From assembly GCF_001194135.2 (NCBI RefSeq), contig NC_068995.1, positions 2,887,297-2,951,296 of the forward strand: DNA of 64,000 bases, in the 5' to 3' direction. Each line of letters starts with the position of its first letter. Position 1 is the first letter of the stretch. This document shows, one piece after another, positions 13,925 through 27,275 of this stretch. Position numbers and translations under genes: made by a program. The notes under the pieces were generated by a model. That model was not told where the DNA came from and ran no database searches. It worked only from the letters and a program-made list of their open reading frames with translations. This DNA comes from Octopus bimaculoides. Lineage: Eukaryota.

Positions 13925-15479
13925 TAGTGAATCCCTTTCCATTCTTAGGTCTTTGGGGCTGAAAACCTTGAATAAGTTTATCGAGGTAATCCCTTTTTGC
14001 AATCATAAATTTTCCTCCACCTTCCTAAAACTATATAAAAATAGAAATAAGAACAAAAATAATAGTATTAGTAGTGGTAGTAATGGTAATGATAGAAATA
14101 AACATTAAAATAAAAAGACAAAAATATTGATATTAAAATGATAATAAAAATATGGATACAATGGTAGTATTTATTTTTTATTTATTTTTCATCATGGCTT
14201 ACGTTGGATTTGAAACCTAATAGTCTTTAGTTACCAAACCTGCCTGACTATTCTAAAGGGTATACTAAAAATTAGATTTTTTTTTTTTTTNNNNNNNNNN
14301 NNNNNNNNNNNNNNNNNNNNNNNNNNNNNNNNNNNNNNNNNNNNNNNNNNNNNNNNNNNNNNNNNNNNNNNNNNNNNNNNNNNNNNNNNNNNNNNNNNNN
14401 NNNNNNNNNNNNNNNNCTCATAATTATAATTTTTTTTTTTTGACTGGTAACTTTGTTGACGTCTGTGTCTTTTTTTTTTTTATCCTGAAGGGGTTATCAC
14501 CAATTTGTGCTCTATTGTGTCCTAAATACGGCGATATACCCCCGAAATAGCCATGTGTTCTGTGTTTGTGTTCCACCTATACTTGTAATCCACTGTAAAT
14601 GATGTTTATGGTTTGACTTTACTGATGTTACCTGCGGAATAGGTGAAATATGGATTTTACTTTGCCACACTTTGGATGTTCTGTTGTTGGTTTGTCCCGT
14701 GCGCTTCGGTATTCCTGTTTCTGAAATTGGATTTTACCTACGAAATTTGCTGTCATGAGGCAGGTAGTTGAACTTTCGTACTATTTATCTTGAACTTCTT
14801 TATTGGTCTCAGCGAATGAACTGTTGTGCTATGTCTCCCTATGTATTACTTTTTTCTCTATATTTTTGCTATATATATATATATATATTTATTCTACTGT
14901 ATTTGTACCGGTCTCTAATATTTTTAATCAACTTTTAATCGCAGTTTATTTATATTCTATTGTATTTTTAATCGATTTTTTTTATTCTTATGTATAAAAA
15001 TTTTGACTTCCCTTTACTAATTTGTTTTTGTGGTCTATGTTGTACTTCTTATTTGTGATCATTGGTGGGCTACGGCTTTTTGAGTCGATGACCTAACGGT
15101 TTTATTCTGCAATTAACTTTGTACCTATGTCTCAACTAGTTTGAGCACTTCTTTTACAGCCTTGTATAAATTCTTGGTTTTCTAATACAGAACTGTTAAT
15201 ATTGAATATATATATATATATATATCATAGCTAGGCTTACTCGAAATTCCCACATTCATTCAGAACATTAATAACAATTTCAATGTATTTATTTGAATGC
15301 AAAATTCTTTATTAAAAATACCTGTACATCAACACAACGATTGTTAGATTAAACATTCGTGTTTAGCCCAACGTACACCACTCGAATTTGTTTCCCTCTT
15401 GAATTTTAACATGTTCTAATCTGTTAATGAGGAGATAAATCAAAGAGACATTTCACTCATCTACTAACTGCGTATATGA

Positions 15480-15758
15480 TCATGCACTTAATGATATTTT
15501 AAATACTTTGTTTGGAAAAACGGATGGCAAGGGGTGATCTTTCGATGGTCCATTAAAATTGACGAAATGCTGGGAACACATTTGGCTATTTGCAGTGTAA
15601 ACAAAGTCTTTCATCACATGTCTCGATCTCTGAAGCCAAATACGACGAATAGCTACGTTTGCAGGATATATATGCAGTGAAATAACTTTGCCGTCTACAT
15701 TCTTCCTTCTATAGTGGCTGCATATACAGCAGTATTTGCGTGATTTCTTCGGAGACAT
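15480..15758 (-). mobile_element. THAP zinc-finger domain of a DNA transposon (ISL2EU/Kolobok-type remnant), no DDE domain
   Basis: CCIC...SLHIYP...RRIWLQ...MCSQHF...LPSVF matches the THAP C2CH pattern. Confidence 0.8.
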
Positions 15759-17879
15759 ATTAACCGGTCAGTACAGTATGTGAGTCGTTAGTCTGCGGAA
15801 GTTAAAGCAAGTCACTGAGCATGCGTACATGTCATACGGGAGAGTTCCAATCAGGGGTGGATAACAACCTTATAGGAACCCCCTATAGTATCACAATCGG
15901 GCCTCTAGATCCGTAAGGCCTAAGTGTAACCATGCCTTAAGATGGCATTGGACATACACCCACCTTTCTAACCTCAGCATATCGGATCCTAGCTTACCCC
16001 TGGTACCCTGACAACCCAATATTGGATGGATTTTAAGAAAGACAGTAATGTGTCACGTATCACTTTTAATAATCCAAGGCCGTGTCGTGCCTCCAGATAC
16101 AAATTAATTGTTGCGCAATATTTACAAAACAACCATTTTCGTATATATATATACACGAAATATTTTGAGGGATAGAAAATCTGTTTTAAAATATACTTGC
16201 ATTAAGCTCAGTGTGTGTGTGCAAGCAATGCACGAACAAAATGTCAGCTGGGCTCATTAGCCACCAGCGGACCCACAAGTGTAAAGTCGAAATTTGTCTA
16301 AGAGCATAAGGCTCTTAATGGTTAGTGATGGTCACGATTGGACAACCATTATATATATATATAAGCAATAACTACAGGGTTTTACCCCCCCCCCCCCCAG
16401 ACTTTGCCATAACCTGCAGATGTTTCCTTCAAAATTCCTACATGCTCGAAATGTACATACATCAAGGTATATTTGTAGAAAATTTCACGAAAAAATATTA
16501 ATTTTCATGGAAGTTAAGAATTTAAATGGACTCTGTTGGAATTTCCGAAAATTGTCCCCCACCCCCATTCCCAAACTCTTTCACCGAAAATTTTTGTATA
16601 TTCGGAATCTACATAATAAATACAATTTGCATAGAAAATTTCATTAAAAAATATTCATTTTTCTGAAAGTTATGACCTTCCAAAGTCTGGGGGGTAGAAC
16701 TCTGTAGTTATGCCTATATATATATATATATGTAAATATATGAACTCCAAACGTAAATCCGGAGGAAATACCGCTAAGCATTTTGTCTAGCTCGCCGCCT
16801 TTATATATATATATATATATATATACATGCATACACACATATAGACACCCATCCATACATACACACGTCTCATTCAAACACGTGCACACTCATACCCATT
16901 CAAGCAATCTTTCTATCTCACGCTCTTTCTTTTTATCCCCTCTCTCCCTCCCTCCTAACATGCACTCATTCATACACGATATCCTGCAATCACGTATTCT
17001 TCTTCTTCTTTCTCCCTCGATCACGCATTCATATACACTAATTCTTCACCTCCCTCCCTCTCACATACATTCACACTATCTCTCATTAACACACTCTTCT
17101 TTCTCTCTCTCTCTCTTATTCTCGATCATACATTCATTCATGAACATTTTGACTCACGTATTACCTCCTTTCTCTCTTTCTCTTTCTGTCTCATACGCAT
17201 TCACTCGCATACCACCACTCACTCACAGACTCCCCCTCTCCCTTTCCCTCACACACATCCGTACCCACTATCACTCACACTTACACTCACATATCCCCCC
17301 CTCTCTCTCTCCCTCTATCTTTATGTTGTAAATATTTTCAACAAGCCAGGTGTGATTATAACACCTGTCTGTGATGTTGTTACTAAGGATGAGAGAAATG
17401 TGACGTGAGAACAGTTCTCCGAGACTTTCATTCCACCATATTTTGAAATGTTGGTAACCTTGACCTACAAGAAATAGCAGTTAGATCTCCTCTAAATCAC
17501 ACCATAGTCACTTTTAGAAAGTTAACATCTGCAACACTTGATCATAGAACTGACCCAGGGTTAAACAATAGTGGTTTCACATTTTGGCACTAGGCCAGCA
17601 ATTTCGGGGAAAGGAGAAAGTCGATTACATTGACCCTAGTACTCAACTGGGACTTATTTTATCGACCTCGAAAGGATGAAAGGCAAAGTCGACCTCGGCG
17701 AAATTTTAACTCAGAGTGTAAAAGACAGACGAAATGCCGCTAAGCATTTCGCCGGTTCGCCGTAGTTGTCTGCTAGAAATAGCAGCTAAATCACATCTTA
17801 CTATCTTTCAAAGGCTTACCTACTGTTCGATAGCCCACCTCGACTTTGTTCCCTAACATTTTTTTAAAAATACATATTT

Positions 17880-18140
17880 TTACCGAAATTCTGCAGATAT
17901 ACGCAGTTAAAATTGCATGGTGTAAAACTACATTAAACCCCTGTTTATGAGGAAAAACTACATCAATTTAGAGTGTTTACGGTGTAAATCTGTGTTCGAA
18001 GCCTGCATTTATAATGTAAAACAATGTTAAAACACTTTCTGTATGAAACTGCTTGGAGATATTGCGTTTTGATGTAAAACGACAATAAAACTGATATTTT
18101 AAAATATAATCTAGATTAAAACACTGCATTTATTAATATA
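17880..18140. repeat. Degenerate minisatellite, about 30-40 bp (TGTAAAAC.A.ATTAAAAC)
   Basis: Tandem tgtaaaac...ttaaaac units. Confidence 0.6.
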
Positions 18141-18157
18141 AAACCAGATTAAATGGC

Positions 18158-18460
18158 ATACCTACACAAGTGTGCCCTCACCACGACTCTGTTTCCAGTT
18201 TTCAGAAAAGAAGGATATATTTTAATGATATTTTCTACAAATACGCTATAGATGCTGTAGATTCCGATTATATCGGAATTTGTTGTGAAAAGAATTTCCA
18301 TGAGCGGGGACAGGGTTCCGGAAAATTCACTCGAGTCAGCTTTGTTTCCTCGTAATTTTCAGGAAAATGGGTAAATTTCAATGAAATTTTCAAGAAATAC
18401 CTTTCAGAGTGCGTAAATTACGATTATATCGGAATTTAATGTAAAACAAAATTTGTGCCA
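18158..18460 (+). mobile_element. Non-autonomous DNA element / MITE family. Related: about 16400-16700, 25190-25330, 36620-36920, 36960-37130, 40150-40413
   Basis: Shared TACCTACACAAGTGTG..., GAAAAATGGATATTTTTAATGAAATTTTCTACAAAT and CGATTATATCGGAATTT blocks. Confidence 0.65.
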
Positions 18461-19159
18461 AAATTTAAAATCATTATTAAGCTGATGTTTGGAACATATA
18501 TTGATATGAAATTTTGATGGAAGTTTTTAATTTAGATCACTTTAAACCTTTTGCTATCATACCTCTGTTGATATATACTGCTTTCACTTCAATTAATTTC
18601 GAAAATAATGAAGAGTTTTGTAAAACAATTTTGCCATTATAATAATGGCTGGTGTTTGAAACAACTTCAAATTTTGATGACAGGTTTTAATTTTAAAGCA
18701 GAAAGTTTGTATCATAGGACCAGAGTTGGTTTCAAGTTAGTATCAAAAAGTTAAGACTCTTTTTATGATATAAAACTAGATTAAGATACAATATATCTTT
18801 GTCTTTAATCTTTTGCTGGCTTTAGTCATTAGACAGTGGACATGCTGGGGCACTTCCTGGAAGGGTTTTACTCAACTAATCAACGCCAGCTCTTCATCAT
18901 CATCATTGTTTAGCGTCTGTTCTCCATGCTGGCATGGGTTGGACGGTTTGACATGGAGCTGGTTAGCAGGGATCTGTCCAGATTCCATTTGTCTATTGTG
19001 GCATGGCTTCTGTGATTCCATGCCCTTCCTGACGTCAGCCACTTAGCAGGGTATGCTGGGTGCATTTTACATGCCACTGGCACAGGTGCTTTTTAAGTGG
19101 CACCCGGAAAGGACAAGCCTGTATGTATGGAGGACAGTGGTTTTACTTGGCTTGATGTT

Positions 19160-19340
19160 TCTTATCAAGTACAGCAAATCGCTACATCTCACGGTCCCTT
19201 ATCTCCTCAGTGAAGCCCAGTATGCGAAGACCTTCATCCCATGCCTTCAGGATCTACCCCTTCCACAGGGACCCTCCACAATTAGAGCTCGGCACTTCTT
19301 TATGCAGCTGTCCTCGGTCAAACACACCATGTCTTTTGTT
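19160..19340 (-). mobile_element. RTE LINE 3' ORF fragment
   Basis: Minus strand reads EDSCIKKCRALIVEGPCGRGR, typical of the RTE C-terminus. Confidence 0.75.
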
Positions 19341-19574
19341 GATACCACTTAGTTACAGGGATGAAACAACCCAACGCTGTAAATCTCCTGTAAAACACTG
19401 AGTTTCTCACCTGTATTGATTGCATCACTTCCTCCATCATTGTATCAATTTAAGGTGTAACATTATTGATTAGCTATTGACTAATTGATTGCTATTTTGT
19501 TCACTGCACTCTGTGCACTCCTGATCATAATGCATGCAGAGAATTATTGAAGAATATGGAACTCTATGAGAGTT

Positions 19575-19790
19575 CAATGGAAGCTGGGTGATTGATAAGT
19601 TCTGTTACCTGGGAGAGCTGAGGATTTCTGGGAGGGGAGAGGAGATAAAAGAAATAAAAAAAAGAAACGAGAAGCAGAGATTTAAGGACTTTTCTTTGTT
19701 CTTTGTATTGAGAATGAAAAATTCCTTTTTTTTAAAATACAAAAGAAGACACCATGCTGTATGCACAAAGCGTGTAATGTTGCCTGGCAG
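19575..19790 (+). mobile_element. Degenerate RTE RT fragment
   Basis: IDKFCYLGE...; later ..HAVCTKRVML resembles the RTE VDSFRYLGD and YDACVRTAML motifs. Confidence 0.55.
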
Positions 19791-22700
19791 AGGAAGAGAG
19801 AGAGAGAGAGATTGAATTGTGGTGGTGGCACAGTGAGGACTGTGGAGAGTGGGATAGGATTAGTTGAATATGGCCTCGAGGAGATGGAATATTGAATAAT
19901 GAATGACTGTTCAATGAAGATGGATGATTTGAGAAATATAATGAAGTCGGAGTGGTGGTGGATTTTAATAGAGAGAGAGAGAGAAAATACAGGGAAAGAG
20001 AAAGGGAATAAGAAAGAAGACAGAGAATGAGATTCAGACTAAACAAAAGAGAAAGACAGAAAGAAAGAGAGGGAGAGAGATTCAGTTGTGTTACTTGAGA
20101 TATCATCATCATCATCACCATCATTGTTTCAGTGTCCAATTTTCCAATGCTTACATGTGTCAGATGGAATTTGTTGAGGCAACGATCTCTATGGCTGGAT
20201 GCCCTTCTTAACGCCAACCACTTTACAGGGTATACGGGGTTACTTTTATGTGGCACCAGTCCTAATGATGTCACCTGTGCTTGTGTTTGTCCTCCACCCC
20301 ACCCATTGTTTCGCTGCTTTACAACCAGTGTTGGTTTATTTATGTCCCCTTTGTAGTTCAGTAAAAGAGACCAGATTAAAGAAAGAAAATATGAGCAACA
20401 GGGTTGACTAAAACCCTTGATCACAGTGCTCCAGTATGGGCTCAGTCCAATGAAAAATGAATAAAAGATAAGAAAAGGACTAAAAGAACAACAACGTTAA
20501 CTTCAGCTGCCAAACACGACCAACTTGTGGGAGCATAGGTGTGGCTGTGTGGTAAGAAGTTTGCTTTTTGCTTTCCAACCACTTCATTATGGGTTCAGTC
20601 CCACTGTGTAGCACCTTGGACAAGTACGGCCGCAGTCAAATGACTGAAACAAATAAAAGAATATATATACATGCACACACATGGTAGGCTTCTTTCAGTT
20701 TCCGTCTAGTAAATCTACTCACAAGACTTTGGTTGTTCTAAGGCTATAGTAGTTGGCACTTGCTCATGGTGCCATGCAGCGGGACTGAACCGGAAACCAT
20801 GTGGTTCGGAAGCAAACTTCTCAACCACACAGCTGCACTTCGACAAACACACATTCACTTGAGAATAGACTTCTGTAAGTGAAGGCTTCAGTATCTAACT
20901 CAGGTGAACCGTACAGGTTAAGGATAGAAATGCTTAGCCCCTTGAGATAACTAGCTAAAGGTACATGTTAGGGGTTTCCGGCATTGCCATAGCTTTAGTA
21001 ACCACCAGGAAAAAAAGGTCACGATGTCTGGAAGTAGCACTTGCAGTTTCTCTGAAGATTGGCCAGAAAAACGACCTGATTGAAAGCCGAAACGAGCAGT
21101 TGAAAATGTGAATATTTGAATAGATAAATACGATTATAAATAGAACTTTATAAAATAATTTAGGACATGTAGCAAGAAGACCGTTATTTAAAATAAAGGA
21201 AATTCACAACTACAACCTCTTCCTCCTCCACCTTCTTCTACCGTCAGTGCTATCAACATAGCTACCACCATCACCACAGTAATTAACATTGATAAAAGTC
21301 GTAATGAGCTTCCATGAAGGTAATCGAGGAGTTATCTCCCATTAGCCAGCGAAACCTGTACAGCAGGTTTGCTTTCAAAGACAATTTTGATTCTCTCTCC
21401 CTCTCTCTTCATTTTTATTCACTCCCTGCTCTTTCTCTTTGAAAGTTTTTTTTTTAATAAAGTTCTATATTTATCCATCAATCAATGATATCTAGAAATA
21501 TGTTTTAAACTTCGATTATTTTCAATAACAAGCTACCGTAATACATGGGATGAGAGAAATAGCTGTGTCTTGGATATTTTTTTGAAAAAAAACCCCCAAA
21601 AATCATGACTTAAAGCAGAAACAGTAGTGGCCATGACCCTGTTCAGAACTTCCAATACTCGTGGGACGAAGTTAACCCCAGAGAAGAGGTCTGACCTGAA
21701 AGCTTGCAATAAAACAGGACTCTATCAAAGGAAACCAAGAGCAATGTGGTTACAATGACTATAAGAACCGAAGGAAGTTGACAAAACTAATTGCTTCGAT
21801 CACAGATAACAAAACCACGCGTTTATGAAATAAATCGATTTCATTATTTGATTGTCATTAGGCTGCAAGCTGGCAGAATCCTCAGCACGCCGGACAAAAT
21901 GTTAAGCGGCATTTCGTTCGTCTTTACGTTCTGAATTAAAATTCCTCTGAGGCCGACTTCGCCTTCCATCCTTTCGGAGTCGATAAAATAAATACTAGTT
22001 GAGTCCTGGGATCGATGTAATCGACTTACACCCTACCCACGAAACTGCTGGCCTTGTGTCAGAAATTGAAATAAAAATTAATAGAACGGGAAATACAAAG
22101 ATAACAAGATATAAACCCCGGACCCCCGTCAAGGCAACACCATAGCCCAACGTCCACAAGGGGCTAAATATAGAGGTTACATATTACAAAGACAATACAA
22201 TTCTTTTTATCATTATTAGTGAACAATAACGTCGTTTGTCCAGAACCAATAACTGGTTCATTGCTTTTCTGCCGGTAAGAGTAAAGACAACATCGATGTA
22301 GACCAAATATCTTAAGGGACTTCTTTTGTAAAGCACCGGGTTTTAGGTTTCCTCGCCGATGTTTACACAATTCCTTCAATTAACAATTTTTGTTTCCACT
22401 TGCAACGTATTGATTAATCCGAAGCTATGATAAAAGACACTTGCCCAAAGTGCCGCGTTGTAGGACCGAACCCGGAATCACACAGTAGCTAAGCGAACTT
22501 CTTACCTTCACAGCCATGCTTTTACTGCTATTTCTAGCAGGTCGAATAGCCGGGTTAAGTTCCCTTTCATAAATGGAGAGAAGAAAATTTTTTGCTGTTG
22601 TTTTGAAAGGAATATTTCTACTCTCCAAACATACATTCTCACACACACATGCATTGTTTCTTTTCATACACTCACCTACATTAATGTGCTCAGAAGGGAT

Positions 22701-23682
22701 ATTTCTACATTCGAACTACTCTCCACACATTCTCTCTCTGACACCCCGTCATACACACATATCGTCTCATATATTCTCTTTATCTTTCACACACATATTT
22801 TCTCATGTACGTACATATACTCTCTCTCATTCATACATTCTTTCAAATAGGGTCTCATACATACATTGTCACTCATACACATATCTGTCAGTCCCTCTCA
22901 TATACATTGTCTTACACATATTGTCTCATATGCACACATTGTTTCTTATACACTCATTCATTTACTTTCTAACCCCTCTCTCTCTTTTTCACACTCCTGT
23001 AACGAAATACTATTTTAGTGAGTTTTCAGGGTTGACGGTTGAACGCTTTAAGAAACAAAAAACACCAAAATAAAAATAAAAATGGTTGGCTGGATTCCCC
23101 CGCACCCGTAAATAAATATTTATGTCTACAAAACAAGTGTATGCAACTACATTGAATTAGTTCTGCTTTCTTTATTTTATTTTAGCCGACACAGGCCATC
23201 ATTAATTCTGTTTTGTACTTCCTAGCAGCTGTGTGACCGGAAAACAACTGGGGCACCTAACAACAACAACAGGGAAGGCGAAAACACGTATGAGGGTAAA
23301 AGAGAGAGACAATAGTTTAATAAATAGGTGAACAAAAGACAACAAAAATACTAGTATTGTATTTTAACTTTGATTTTAAACTTAACATAGAAGTTAGTTC
23401 TCCATTGAATTTTTACACTTTGTAGTTTATTAATATACAGTTATTTTCCTAGACTTTAACGTACTTTTTCAACGACATAACAACCTGAGTTTATTTATTT
23501 TAACTGAGATTTCTTTCTCTCCACCTCGACCAGATTTTTACTTCCACTCAAAATCGTCTTTCCTTAAGATCGTGGCCGTTGTCTATCATGTTTGTGTATT
23601 ATAAGTGTTGTAAAGACCATCACATGTACTCAGAATATTGAACATAATAAAAATTGTAAGACATTTGGGTACCCAGCCAGTC

Positions 23683-23973
23683 ATGGAAATCATAAAGAGT
23701 TCGTTGGGAGCAGATATGATCGTTTACAGAGAGTATATTTATAGAAAAGATAAAGCCAACTTGAATACCATGTACTGGCGATGTGTTAAATCGAAATGTA
23801 AAGGGAGATTGGTGAGCATTCTGGATTATAAAGAAAAGGACGTGGAAGAAATTCAACTGAAGGTCAGGGGTCACCATTTTCATCCTCCTGATCCTTTGGA
23901 TGTGAAGGCAAGGAAAGCATTAATTGAAGCGAAGTCAATTTTGAACTGCAACGAACTACCTAGAAACAAAAAG
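23683..23973 (+). CDS. Variable exon F1: FLYWCH zinc finger (MULE-derived), 97 codons, ends in a phase-0 donor
   Basis: ATG 23683 gives MEIIKSSLGADMIVYREYIYRKDK...YWRCVKSKCKGRL...HHFH, matching the FLYWCH pattern (W-x-C..C..H-x-H). Donor AAG|GTAATC at 23973/23974; 291 nt = 97 codons. The ORF-track tail beyond this is AT-rich intron-like sequence. Confidence 0.85.
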
Positions 23974-25559
23974 GTAATCATTATTCGATTTAACCATTGT
24001 TTTAATTTTTTTTTAGCAAAAAAAACAAAACTTTCGAAATATAATTACAGCTTCAAAATGATGTTTATTTATTTTGTCTTTATTTCCAAAACATTTTTTT
24101 TTATTTATAAAGTATATATTTAATAGCTGAGTATGTATATCTGATAGACACACTCTCAACTATCTATTTCTCTCTCTCTATTAGCCTGTCTGCCGGTCTA
24201 GTCGGGAGAAAGTTACAAAAGTGACTCTGGGGCCAACATTTTCGTCCAACCGACTTTGAATCTGAGTTTGTTTCTTTTTTATCGATCGAATCATATATAT
24301 ATTCTTTTGCTGTTGGTGGACTGCAGCCTTCCTATGGAACCTAGTGACTTCTATAGTTTGAAACCAAGTATATCGATCTGTATTTGTAGAACCGTTAGTT
24401 GGACAACACCGATTTGTTTTTAAAAACCCTTGTAAACATTAACTAACCAGGTACGCGCGCGCACACATCACACATATTTTCAATACTTTTTTTTTTTACA
24501 TATATGTCATCTGTTAAATTCCAGTCAACAACCTGAGGCTCATTATAGTTGAGTAGAGCCCCGTGTAAAATGTCGCGCAGTGAGATCGAACCTCAAATCT
24601 CAGTGCTGCAAAGCGAACTTTGTAACTAAACGGCCTAACGAATACGTGGAGTATATTATTTATCTTTTACTTGTTTCAGTCATTAGACTGCGGCCATGCT
24701 GGAGTACCGCCTTCAAGAATTTCTTGTCGACTCCAGTACTTATTCTATCGGTCATTTATGCCGAACAGTTAAGTTACGGGAACATTACCGGTTGTCAAGC
24801 GGCGTCGGGGGGTGGGTAGAGGACACACACAGAGCCAATCTTGCGGAGAAAGTTCATGAAAATGAAACTATTTGTTCGGTAATTTCCGACATACATGCAC
24901 AAAAAAACTCCCATACTTACATACGCTAAGAATACAATAACAAGCGGTTCAAGTGAAAACAAAAGTTAAAGAAATAAAATTTTTTACGGAAATTGCTGAA
25001 CAAACACTTTCACTTTTCATGGTCTTTCTCCAAAAGAATGCCATATATATACATATAGAGAGAGAGAAGAGCGGACATAACAAACAGAGAGAGAGATGAA
25101 ATTTACTTACCATATCTATCTATCTGCTTGTCTATCTCTCCATATCTCTGTCCGTCCGTCCATCCATCTATCTATCTATCTATCTATCACACAAGTGTGC
25201 TCTCTTCCCCGATTTTGTTTCCTTACAATTTTCTGAAAAAAATGGGTATTTTTAATGAAATACCATTCTGACTGCATAAATTATACGATTATATCGGAAT
25301 TTAATGTGAAAAAAAAAATGTTGGGCGCACACACGTACATACTGTTATACTTTTCATATACATTACAAAATAAAGCTTGATATTCTGAACACATTATGTG
25401 TGTTTTAGTATGTATGTGTGTACACCAACCTGTTTTGTTTTTTCATTATGATCGTAATCTATACACACGCACACATATGAAGTCTGTTTTTCGGCCATCG
25501 TCTCGTCACTTGTTGCGATTATTTCCTTTAGGAGGTTTCCCAATTTCTTGAAATCAGCG

Positions 25560-25730
25560 CTCTTCGTCCACTTTTCCCTTATATTTTCCCATGTCTCTTC
25601 CTATTTTGCAGGTTCCTTCCATTGGAATCACTTGCCAATTCTTTTACCCAGCTTTACCCCGTTCTATACACATCACATGTCAGAACCAGTGCAGTCTTCT
25701 CTCATGCACGTTACATCTGATTCCACGAGC
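25560..25730 (-). mobile_element. Degenerate RTE C-terminal fragment
   Basis: Minus strand reads GIRCNVHERRLHWF*HVM...EGTC. Confidence 0.7.
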
Positions 25731-25959
25731 CAACGCGGTAGCCTGTATATTAGTCACTCGACGCGCTAGAAACAGCAGCCAAATCTCTCTCAAATTAACA
25801 TCCTAAAAGATCGAACATCTTGATTATTGGAGTCTTGGGTTCCTTGCTTATAGGAAAAATACAGAATGGTCACGGTTGGAATGTCTTTGATCAATGGTTC
25901 AATCAGGGCCTACATGAGACTATATAAACAATATCAACATTCGATTCCTCTAATATTTA

Positions 25960-26450
25960 GTCTTTCCCTGACCCGTTATTCACCTTCTCTGTAATGTCAC
26001 CGTACAAGAAATACAGATATAATCGCATGTAACCCTTTCTCTCACAGATATCCTATCCATCAGAATAATCGAATTTGTTTCCACCTTAAATAATTCCAAT
26101 CTCGTGGAAACATGCCATATGTAGTAACAATATCTTTTCTTTCTGAAACGATTTGTTTTAATTCCTTTTGTTATTCAAGGTCTGCGATATCTGCTCCTGT
26201 ATCAGTTATTATTAAATCAACATCTTTATTAACAGAGTTTTAAATATCATTCAGAACAGATGGATTGACGTAGCTTCCTAAATGAGGAACAGCCTGATGA
26301 CCCCAAGAATGTCCTTTTTACATTCATTATAAATAAGAGAACATTTACGTGGTAAATATTCTTTTAAACCCATTTTAACGTTCTCGATTATTCTGCCAGT
26401 ATTTCCATTTGATTGTGGATGATATATAGAGGTGTTTTCGTAGGTCTACA
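25960..26450 (-). mobile_element. Degenerate LTR-retrotransposon (Gypsy-like) integrase fragment
   Basis: Minus strand reads TSIYHPQSNG..RIIENVKMGL, the integrase core motif; many stops follow. Confidence 0.75.
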
Positions 26451-26966
26451 CCCAGTTTTAACGAAGCCAGATGCTCGAGTTTATTATTTATGTAATTCAC
26501 AGACATTGTCAAGAAGTCCGCCAACTTATCGCCGCCAATTCAGTGCGGAGTCAAGTTATCGGTAAACTAACTCATCGCCTCAATTAACTTACTTTAAAAA
26601 TTGAAATTCATAGAAGTGAAATGGAATTGAAAAAAAAACCCTTTATTTAAAGAAATGGAATGTTAATTAAAATACCTTATTTTACTAAAGTGTATATGTT
26701 TAAATCAGTGGTTCGCTACTAATTCATCGCCGCCAATTCATCGCGAGCCAAGTCCTCGCTCACCAACTCATCACCGAACTACTTCAGTATCAAACCAAAT
26801 AATTACTAAGCAGACTAAATTAGCAAATTACAAGTCAGCTAATTATTAATTTAAATGTGACAGCGTTTACTTATTTACTGTTCGACGCTGGCAACTTCGG
26901 TTCATGCAATTAATTTAGAACTGTTTGAGCTACGATTGCTTAAATTTTTCAAGGAGGCCCTTCACA

Positions 26967-27275
26967 ATGGAACGTGTTTTCAGTCAGCGAGGCAAAGAGA
27001 AGTTCTCACACAATGGCTATTTGTTTATATTTGATAAATTTAGTAGGACCGACACTGACTTAATGTTTTGGCGTTGTGAATTAATCGGCAGATGCAAAGC
27101 AAGAATTCACACAAAATTTGGCGATGTTGTGAAATTTATGAATACTCACACACATGATTGTTCACCAATAAGGGAAGTAGTAAAAATGGTCAGAAAATTG
27201 AAAAGCTGCTCTCGAAAGTCACTGGAAGGTCCAAATATAGTAATTGACGAAACATTGGGCAGTGTTTTCCGACCG
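26967..27275 (+). CDS. Variable exon F2: FLYWCH zinc finger (MULE-derived), 103 codons, ends in a phase-0 donor
   Basis: MERVFSQRGKEKFSHNGYLFIFDK...FWRCELIGRCKARIHT...HTH. Donor CCG|GTAAGC at 27275/27276; 309 nt. Confidence 0.88.

Noticed and set aside
14500-15200. Possible Penelope fragment on the minus strand
   Set aside because: Resemblance too weak to support without a search.
16783-17331. 182-aa His/Ser/Leu-rich ORF; similar ORFs at 22573-23073, 19732-20424 and 44636-44934
   Set aside because: Translations of low-complexity CT/CA or triplet repeats with no domain signal.
25612-25806. Strong-looking acceptor followed by an open frame after F1
   Set aside because: The sequence is the antisense of an RTE fragment plus a common repeat.
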